In this document: positions 49,503 through 56,350 of the stretch, one piece after another
How positions within the stretch are numbered: the first letter of the stretch is position 1
Layout of the letters: each line of letters begins with the position of its first letter
Assembly (NCBI GenBank): GCA_051652765.1
Contig: JBOFUV010000152.1
Span: 1 to 56,350, forward strand
Direction: 5' to 3'
DNA length: 56,350 bases
Origin: Microcoleaceae cyanobacterium
GTDB taxonomy: Bacteria > Cyanobacteriota > Cyanobacteriia > Cyanobacteriales > Microcoleaceae
The notes under the pieces: model-generated
Told to the model about the DNA's origin: nothing
Seen by the model: the letters and a program-made list of their open reading frames with translations, nothing else
Database searches by the model: none
Translations under genes and position numbers: made by a program

Positions 49503-49545
49503 AGTTTTACCTGAAAGTTCCACCTGAAAGTTCCACCTGAAAGTT
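49501..49545. repeat. Tandem repeat, 13-bp unit x3.5, filling the gap between convergent stop codons
   Basis: AAAGTT(TT/CC)ACCTG units. Confidence 0.85.
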
Positions 49546-50827
49546 AATGGGGCAACTCGCTCGACTCCGAATTGTGAGGCGGTTTCTCCTCGTGCCTTGT
49601 GGATGGGGGTGAGAATCTTTTCTGCATCGCTTTCCCAACGGTAACGTTCACTTGCGCCCCCATTAACATGATCAAACAGCTAATGTAGAGCCACAACAGC
49701 AGGATAATAAACGCGCCGACGGCTCCATAAGTCCAGCTATATTGGCCAAAACGGATGACATATTGCTTGAACAGGTAAGAGACTGCTGCCCAGCAAATTG
49801 CAGCGATCATGGCACCGGGCAATAGAGGCGTTCCTAACCGTCGTTGACTCGGGCCGTAGCGATAAACCAAGGCAAAATTAGTGGCAATAATCGTTAATGC
49901 AATGGGCCAGCCGAACTGTTGCCAGGATTCTAGTAGCTTTGATTGCAATAAACAATTCTGCACAGGGGGTTGATTCAAACACGTTGCAATCTGATCCAGA
50001 GGACAATTCCCAACGGTTTCTAAGATACAGCTTTTACTCGCCAGAGTCTGAACAAACAAGTCACTGACAAACACAACTCCCGATGCCAAAATCAGTAGGA
50101 ACAAGCTCCCAATGGCCAGTCCCATTGAAACCAATTTGTCTCGCCAAAAGGGCCGCAAAAGATGGTGGGGTACTTGATGAATATGATTGAGCGCTACCAT
50201 TGCCGAACCAATTGCCCCTGAAAACAGCCAAATTGAGGTCACAAAACTAAAAGAAAACAGTTCCGGGCTCCGGGTCAACCGAAACTGATTCAGAGCCTCA
50301 CTCACTTCTTGCGGGATCACATCGGCCAAAACCTCGGCCATCTCGTAAACGGTGGATTGCAGGGACTCCGATAAACTAATCGCGCCTAAAATTGCCAGTA
50401 ATGTTGGGAACAGCGCCAATGTTGAATGGTAAGCCATTTCTGCAGAAAGTCCAGGGAGTCGCTGCCGAGCTGTTCGGAGGATCACTTCTTTCCCTGTTGC
50501 CCAGTTCAAGTACAGAAAGAAGCGGAAGAACCGGGAGAAGCGTTGGGGAATTCTGCTCAAGCGATACAATACAAAAGTGACTAAAGCAACAATCCCATCT
50601 GCAACAGTCTCGCCAGCCTTTTCCATCCCTTGATTTAAGGGATGATGGGGTGAAATGGGTTGGGGTTTTGGCTCATGGGTTGAGGGGGTAGCCGTAAACA
50701 AACGACTGAATCCCTTGAACAGGGAGATCAAGAAATTCCAGCCAGCCAAAACAACTGCTACCAAAACACTAGCGACCTTTTCGGCAATCTTGTCAACCAA
50801 CTGATGAATCGGATCGGGGTTAGACAC
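49544..50827 (-). CDS. YihY/BrkB-family membrane protein with N-terminal extension
   Basis: LSAEMAYHSTLALFP, VYRYGP, PGAMIAA, YGAVGAFIILLLWLY..LMGAQVN. Confidence 0.88.
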   Translation of the reverse strand: MSNPDPIHQLVDKIAEKVASVLVAVVLAGWNFLISLFKGFSRLFTATPSTHEPKPQPISPHHPLNQGMEKAGETVADGIVALVTFVLYRLSRIPQRFSRFFRFFLYLNWATGKEVILRTARQRLPGLSAEMAYHSTLALFPTLLAILGAISLSESLQSTVYEMAEVLADVIPQEVSEALNQFRLTRSPELFSFSFVTSIWLFSGAIGSAMVALNHIHQVPHHLLRPFWRDKLVSMGLAIGSLFLLILASGVVFVSDLFVQTLASKSCILETVGNCPLDQIATCLNQPPVQNCLLQSKLLESWQQFGWPIALTIIATNFALVYRYGPSQRRLGTPLLPGAMIAAICWAAVSYLFKQYVIRFGQYSWTYGAVGAFIILLLWLYISCLIMLMGAQVNVTVGKAMQKRFSPPSTRHEEKPPHNSESSELPH

Positions 50828-50830
50828 TGG

Positions 50831-51064
50831 CGATAACTTCAGAATGATAATCTTAGAACGACAACTTCAGAACGTTCAACTCAGAACGGAACTGGTGAGC
50901 TTCTAAATCGAACGATCTCAGATTGAACGATCTCAGATTGAAAGTGTTCAGGTTACAACTTAGATTAAAACTTAGATTGAAACTTAGATTAAAACTTAGA
51001 TTAAAGATTTAGGGTGATGGTTTTGAGTCTACCCTAGTTTAAAATCTAAAATCTAAAATCTAGA
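50831..51064. repeat. Cluster of short tandem repeats
   Basis: Degenerate AACTTCAGAACG units, GAACGATCTCAGATT x2, AACTTAGATTAA x4 (50957-51004), AAAATCT x3. Confidence 0.85.
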
Positions 51065-51091
51065 ATTGAGTATCTTTACGGGTAAGTCACC

Positions 51092-51736
51092 ATGGCTCAG
51101 GATGTTAGACAGTGGCTCGCAGAAATTAAACAGCTTAAACAAGATCTAGCAGAAACCCAGCGCGATCGCGATGCGGCTCAAGACAGCGCCAACCAATGGC
51201 GTCAACTCTACAACACAGAAGCCCAACAACGACGCGAAGAAGCAAAACGTCACCAAGGAGCAATGACAACCCTAAAAACAGAATTAAATCGTTTGCAGAC
51301 TGAATTTTTGGGGCCTAAGAACGAACTCGTTGCCCGAGTCGCCATACAACGGGAAGTCGAACAATTGAAGACCTCCGAGGAACTCAAGGCAAGGCTATTG
51401 GAAGTCATGCGAGAGCGAGATCACATTCGAGAACAGGTTCGACAAGTCACCGAATCCCTAGAACAAGAAAAAGCAAACCATCTCCAAACTCGAAATAGTC
51501 TAACAACAGCCTTAGGAGATACGGTTGATTTGCTGACCAAAGCCAAGCACAAATCCGACTCTGGGGATAAAAGATTGTCTTTTCCCCTGGAAGCCCTAGC
51601 CCCAGAATCCTTCCCCCCAGAACCAGCGAGTCCTGCCTTACCTGCCGACCCCCAAGACAACCTGGCTCGACTGCCAGGTACCAGCCAAATCCCTCTACCC
51701 CAGTTGCTTCCCCCCCACCCCCAAGAAGACAACTGA
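51092..51736 (+). CDS. Coiled-coil hypothetical protein
   Basis: Heptad-rich (WLAEIKQLKQ..WRQLYNTEAQQRR..LTTALGDTVD) with a Pro-rich tail. Confidence 0.8.
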   Translation: MAQDVRQWLAEIKQLKQDLAETQRDRDAAQDSANQWRQLYNTEAQQRREEAKRHQGAMTTLKTELNRLQTEFLGPKNELVARVAIQREVEQLKTSEELKARLLEVMRERDHIREQVRQVTESLEQEKANHLQTRNSLTTALGDTVDLLTKAKHKSDSGDKRLSFPLEALAPESFPPEPASPALPADPQDNLARLPGTSQIPLPQLLPPHPQEDN

Positions 51737-51750
51737 TAGGCAAGCCGTTC

Positions 51751-52863
51751 TCAGCTCAATCCCATTGCCTGGGCAACCGCATTAATTTCAGCCGGAATCC
51801 CTGACTTGAAAGTATTGTTACTGTGATCGATGGCCGTAGCTGGGTCTTTCAGGCCGTTGCCCGTCAGAATACACACAACTCTTGATCTGGGGGGAACGTG
51901 ATCCTTCACTTTGAGCAATCCCGCAACTGAAGCCGCACTGGCAGGTTCACAAAAAATACCCTCTTGGGTGGCCAAAAGGCGATAAGCCTCTAGAATCTCT
52001 GCATCGGTGACTGCGGTAAAGCTGCCTTGGCTGGCTTCTTGAACTGCGATCGCCCGTTCCCAACTGGCTGGATTGCCAATCCGAATTGCCGTGGCTACCG
52101 TCTCTGGATTGGCAACGGGGTGTCCCAAAACCAAAGGTGCCGCTCCAGCAGCCTGAAAGCCCATCATCCGAGGAAGATGTTGACATTTACCAAACGAGTG
52201 ATATTGACAAAATCCCATCCAATAAGCTGTAACATTTCCAGCATTGCCCACGGGAATACAGAGCCAGTCTGGTGAATCTCCTAGGGCATCCACAATCTCA
52301 AATGCTCCTGTTTTTTGTCCCTCCAACCGATAGGGATTGACTGAGTTCACCAAGGTTACGGGATAATGGTCGCTAACTTGCCGCACAATTTCTAGCGCCT
52401 GGTCAAAGTTCCCTTGAATTGCCAAGACCTCAGCCCCATACAGCAAGGCTTGAGCTAGTTTACCCAAGGCAACATACCCATCGGGAATCACGACAAATGC
52501 CTTCAGTCCTGCTCGGCGAGCATAGGCCGCTGCCGAAGCAGACGTATTACCAGTGCTGGCACAGATGACAGCCCGCGCCCCTTCTTCTTTTGCCTTTGAG
52601 ATTGCTACGGTCATGCCCCGATCCTTAAAGCTGCCTGTGGGATTCAGGCCATCATATTTAACATAGACTTCAACCCCTTTGCCCACTTGCTGAGCAACAG
52701 CAGGGACAGGCAGTAGGGGAGTATTGCCCTCTTGCAAGGTTACGACAGGTGTCGATGAGGTAACTGGAAGATAAGGGCGATAGGCTTCAATTAAACCAGG
52801 CCAGCATTGAAGCTGAGTCTGAGATTGAATCTGAGACTGAATCGGGGGCAGAATAACTGTCAT
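51751..52863 (-). CDS. thrC: Threonine synthase
   Basis: [16 protein letters not shown] (PLP lysine), [32 protein letters not shown]. Confidence 0.96.
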   Translation of the reverse strand: MTVILPPIQSQIQSQTQLQCWPGLIEAYRPYLPVTSSTPVVTLQEGNTPLLPVPAVAQQVGKGVEVYVKYDGLNPTGSFKDRGMTVAISKAKEEGARAVICASTGNTSASAAAYARRAGLKAFVVIPDGYVALGKLAQALLYGAEVLAIQGNFDQALEIVRQVSDHYPVTLVNSVNPYRLEGQKTGAFEIVDALGDSPDWLCIPVGNAGNVTAYWMGFCQYHSFGKCQHLPRMMGFQAAGAAPLVLGHPVANPETVATAIRIGNPASWERAIAVQEASQGSFTAVTDAEILEAYRLLATQEGIFCEPASAASVAGLLKVKDHVPPRSRVVCILTGNGLKDPATAIDHSNNTFKSGIPAEINAVAQAMGLS

Positions 52864-53002
52864 TGCACTTATACAACTTCGCTTAGCCTTAAGTTTACCT
52901 TGTGGTTTCCTCCAATTAGAAAAACAAACCGATCTGACCGATTGTTCAATTCAGTGAGTCTACAGGTTAGGGTATAGTTAAGATTTGTAATCTAGAGTAT
53001 AG

Positions 53003-53230
53003 ATGCCTAGTCAAGTGCTAATGCCTACCTATTCTGTTACCCGAGTTCAGTCCTCCTCCTCGGAGGGCACAAATCCTTACCGTCAAGGTGATCGACCTAC
53101 CTTACCTGATTTCGATTCAGATGTGAGAAAGTCACCTTACACCGTAGATCAACAAGTAAAGTTTTTGCATTTGCAAGCTGAGGTTGATACCTTATTGATG
53201 CAATTGCAATCACTACAACGCCAGTGTTAA
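53003..53230 (+). CDS. Small hypothetical protein (75 aa)
   Basis: C-terminal Y.VDQQVKFLHLQAEVDTLL.QLQ coiled motif, divergent from thrC. Confidence 0.65.
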   Translation: MPSQVLMPTYSVTRVQSSSSEGTNPYRQGDRPTLPDFDSDVRKSPYTVDQQVKFLHLQAEVDTLLMQLQSLQRQC

Positions 53231-53325
53231 ATTAGCTAGATTCAGTTGTCAATATGCAGTTGCCAGCATCAGATATCAGTCAAGACGTGCCAGTAAACTG
53301 GCGAGGGTGTTAATAATGGTAATAG

Positions 53326-53456
53326 TTGCAGGATCTCAGGCCGCGCCTACGCTCTTGTTATCGCTGTGACCAAGATCCTGACATTTCAGTTGGGCATCAA
53401 GCCTTTGGAATGTTGGTAGTTTCCAACTTCAGGTGGCAAGAGCTAAAATAGCTTTT
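53326..53456 (+). ncRNA. Candidate structured cis-regulatory RNA or sRNA
   Basis: Two hairpins, a 12-bp loop-to-downstream pairing and a competing 3' hairpin (see findings). No known family recognised. Confidence 0.35.
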
Positions 53457-53510
53457 GGGGACTCGTGATGTCATCCAAGCAGAACTTTCCTAAGTGACTC
53501 TGTTTAGACA

Positions 53511-54596
53511 ATGATCCAAAGCAGTCTGGGAAAAGAGCCGATTAAGTTCAGTGTTGTCATCACAACCTACAATCGCTTGCAGTTGCTGCAGCGAGCAATT
53601 GATTCGGCATTGCAACAGACTATTCCGACTGAAGTAGTCGTTGTCGATGACTGTTCTGAAGATGGAACTGAAGCCTATGTTCGACAGCTTATTCAATCTC
53701 TGAAGTCCCAGGGGACTCATGGCCTAGTTTACTATCGGAACCCTAAGAATAGCGGTCATTCTGCCTCAGTGAATGTTGGCGTAGGGATTGCCTCTGGTAA
53801 CTGGATTAAGCCCTTAGATGATGATGACTACCTCGCGCCGAACTGTCTCGAAGAGATGAGTCGAGCGATCGCTGCGTACCAAGCCCAAGGCGTTTTAAGT
53901 CGGCAGTCAAAGGCCGTTATTTGTTCTTGTCAAGCTGCCCAGGTTAATCCTCAGGGTCAAGAGCTGAGTCGCACTCGAATTTTTGGCCCTGGGAACTCCT
54001 TTTATACCCCCCAAGAAGATATTCACTTTGGGATGTTGCTGGATCAGCTACCCTTTGGAACTCCAGTGCAGGTTGCCTATTGCAAGGATGCATTTCTCAA
54101 ATCCGGGGGTTGGGATTCTGAGTTGGACGCAAACTGTGATGATATTGATTCTTGGATTAAAATTGCCCAGTTTGGCGATGCAATTTTTATTAATCAGTGC
54201 CTAGCTTACCGGACAATTTGGCTAGGGGCGTACAATCAAACCTTTTCCTTCAGGAAGCGCCTCGATACCAATATTTTAATGAAGGAAAAAATTTATGCCC
54301 TCGTTCACGATCAGCACCGAGGCCACTTGCCGGAGTTAAGTGAGATTCAAAACTACCTGAGATTGCATTGGGGATTGGTTGCATTTAAAAAAGCTCAACT
54401 CCAAGCGGCTTTAGAAATTTCTGCCCCTGCCCTATTTTCGCCTCAAGCTTGGCAAATCTTACTAAACACTATTGTCACCCGACAACGACAACAATCTGCA
54501 GGCTTAGGGATTTCCAACTTAACACCAGAACATTCGTCAAATCATGGGCGATCGCGGGTTAATGATTTGATTCAAAAGTATGTTTTGATAGAGTAG
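53511..54596 (+). CDS. Family 2 glycosyltransferase
   Basis: FSVVITTYNR, VVDDCSEDGT, LDDDD, DDIDSW. Confidence 0.92.
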   Translation: MIQSSLGKEPIKFSVVITTYNRLQLLQRAIDSALQQTIPTEVVVVDDCSEDGTEAYVRQLIQSLKSQGTHGLVYYRNPKNSGHSASVNVGVGIASGNWIKPLDDDDYLAPNCLEEMSRAIAAYQAQGVLSRQSKAVICSCQAAQVNPQGQELSRTRIFGPGNSFYTPQEDIHFGMLLDQLPFGTPVQVAYCKDAFLKSGGWDSELDANCDDIDSWIKIAQFGDAIFINQCLAYRTIWLGAYNQTFSFRKRLDTNILMKEKIYALVHDQHRGHLPELSEIQNYLRLHWGLVAFKKAQLQAALEISAPALFSPQAWQILLNTIVTRQRQQSAGLGISNLTPEHSSNHGRSRVNDLIQKYVLIE

Positions 54597-54624
54597 TTTG
54601 TGATTAACTAAATGAATTAAGTTC

Positions 54625-55413
54625 ATGAATCAGGGATGGAGAATTGCTCGGGTACTGCTAAGCACTTACTATGCTTACATGTTGGAATATAGAGCTGAGT
54701 TATTTCTCTGGGCGTTGTCAGGTTCGCTCCCGTTCATCTTGATGGGAATTTGGATTAAAGCGGCTCAAACTGGGTCTTTTCCTCTCACAGAGGTTCAATT
54801 TGCCCAATACTTTTTGGCTGCATTTATCGTTCGGCAATTTAATGTGGTTTGGGTGATTTGGGAGTTTGAAAAAGATGTTATTCAGGGCAGACTTTCTCCC
54901 AAGTTATTACAACCGATTGATCCCGTTTGGCATCACTTTGCCGCTCATATTTCCGAACGATTTGCCCGGTTACCGTTTATTGTTGGTATTGTCTTGCTGT
55001 TTTTTGGGCTCTATCCTGAAGCATTTTGGTTGCCCAGGTTAGGAACAATTGTCCTATTTGGCTGCATTGTATTTTTGGCGTTTAATCTCCGATTTCTAAT
55101 GCAATATACCTTTGGGTTATTAGCATTCTGGACAGAACGAGCTGCTGCCATTGAAGATGTCTGGTTTTTGCCTTATCTGTTTCTCTCGGGTATCGTTGCT
55201 CCCTTAGAGGTTTTTCCGCCAATGGTTCGGGAAGTTGTGTTGTGGACACCCTTTCCCTACCTGATTCATTTTCCAGCCTCATTACTGATTGGCTTACCCG
55301 TTGATCTACACCGGGGGCTTTTGACCATGGGAGGATGGGGAATTGTGTTTTTCGTGATTAATCGCTGGTTATGGCGTAGAGGACTAAAGCGATTTTCAGG
55401 GATGGGAGCCTAA
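54625..55413 (+). CDS. ABC-2 type transporter permease (DUF990-like)
   Basis: YMLEYRAE, DVIQGRLSPKLLQP, AFWTER, LSG..APL..FP, TPFPY, six TM segments. Confidence 0.88.
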   Translation: MNQGWRIARVLLSTYYAYMLEYRAELFLWALSGSLPFILMGIWIKAAQTGSFPLTEVQFAQYFLAAFIVRQFNVVWVIWEFEKDVIQGRLSPKLLQPIDPVWHHFAAHISERFARLPFIVGIVLLFFGLYPEAFWLPRLGTIVLFGCIVFLAFNLRFLMQYTFGLLAFWTERAAAIEDVWFLPYLFLSGIVAPLEVFPPMVREVVLWTPFPYLIHFPASLLIGLPVDLHRGLLTMGGWGIVFFVINRWLWRRGLKRFSGMGA

Positions 55414-55428
55414 GGCTGGGTCAATTCA

Positions 55429-55467
55429 ATTAAAGTAGGGGCCGGGTCACCCAACTCCTACTTTAAT
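55429..55467. terminator. Hairpin between convergent genes, likely bidirectional terminator
   Basis: ATTAAAGTAGGGG...CTCCTACTTTAAT. Confidence 0.7.
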
Positions 55468-55496
55468 CCTGATCTAATTTCGTCCTGATCTAGAAT

Positions 55497-56350
55497 TCAA
55501 GCGGGCGGTAGATTCCCCGTTGTCACATTCAGGTTGAGGATTTTGCCATTTCGATCAATCTCAAGCTTCAGAGTACTACCAACCGTTTTGGTCTGAACAA
55601 TCTGCTGTACGGTTTCTGACTTAGTAATTGGCTTACCGTCAATTTGACGAATCACATCTCCTGATTTGATCCCTGACTGCTCAGCCGGAGAGCGAGGAGC
55701 AACTTTGATCACTAAAACGCCCTGATCCACCTGAACAGAATCGCCAATAATCGGCTGAAGTTGCTTTTTGGCATCAGGGGTTAAGGTCATCATTTCGATG
55801 CCGAGGTAGGCATGTTCTGCTTGCCCAGTCGCAATTAATTGTTGGGCGATTTCTTTGGCTTTGTTAATTGGAATTGCAAATCCCAGCCCTTGGGCTCCAT
55901 CAATGATTGCGGTATTCATCCCAATCACCTGCCCTTGAGCATTCAGTAGGGGGCCACCAGAGTTGCCGGGATTAATAGCAGCATCGGTTTGAATAAATCC
56001 AATGCGCTTATCAGGGACACCAATATCTGTACTGGATCGCCCCGTTGCACTAATAATGCCAACGGTGACCGAGTTGTCCAAACCCAGAGGGTTGCCAATC
56101 GCAATCGCCCACTCCCCCGGAGACAGAACGTCTGAATTGCCGAGTTGAACTGTTGGGAGATTTTTGGCTTGAATTTTCACAACTGCGACATCAGTCACCG
56201 GATCGATTCCCAACACCCGACCGTCAAACCACCGACCATCTTTAAGAACGACTTCAACGGTTTCCGTATTTTCAACAACATGGCTGTTGGTCAAAATATG
56301 GCCCTCTGAACTTAGGATAAATCCTGACCCTGTACCCTGTTCTAGAGAGT
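55497..56350 (-). CDS. HtrA/HhoA/HhoB-family serine protease with PDZ domain (5' end outside the window)
   Basis: Frame open to the edge (..[14 protein letters not shown]), [22 protein letters not shown]-terminal PDZ. Confidence 0.95.
   Translation of the reverse strand, partial: SLEQGTGSGFILSSEGHILTNSHVVENTETVEVVLKDGRWFDGRVLGIDPVTDVAVVKIQAKNLPTVQLGNSDVLSPGEWAIAIGNPLGLDNSVTVGIISATGRSSTDIGVPDKRIGFIQTDAAINPGNSGGPLLNAQGQVIGMNTAIIDGAQGLGFAIPINKAKEIAQQLIATGQAEHAYLGIEMMTLTPDAKKQLQPIIGDSVQVDQGVLVIKVAPRSPAEQSGIKSGDVIRQIDGKPITKSETVQQIVQTKTVGSTLKLEIDRNGKILNLNVTTGNLPPA

Noticed and set aside
50831..51064. Repeat clusters as a CRISPR array
   Set aside because: Units are 7-15 bp, head-to-tail with no unique spacers, and no cas genes are present.

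Overview
Chromosomal window from a cyanobacterium, probably a filamentous one. Evidence: psaC, psbO, a flavodiiron protein, SigF, a DevBCA exporter, and roughly 40 HIP1 (GCGATCGC) sites by eye-count. Most genes are housekeeping: mnmA, nnr, dnaG, pyrE, coaBC, folC, plsX-fabH-fabD, rpsP-khpA-phoH, thrC. Between them lie secreted or surface protein genes (a cadherin-repeat adhesin cut by the left edge, two RTX proteins), a P450 and transporters. I found no tRNA, rRNA, CRISPR array, transposase, integrase or phage gene. Best leads: (1) an ECF sigma / ChrR-cupin anti-sigma / RTX-DUF4394 module with three copies of a promoter-like motif (ATCC-N16-CGT); (2) a divergent LDH/MDH-like enzyme with a non-canonical substrate loop, paired with an orphan IlvH-like ACT subunit; (3) a pseudoknot or switch-like RNA upstream of a GT2-ABC2 gene pair; (4) an unannotated 36-aa ORF with its own promoter and RBS; (5) MITE-like repeat families and many 11-17 bp tandem duplications at gene ends. 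All calls come from reading the sequence; no searches were run.
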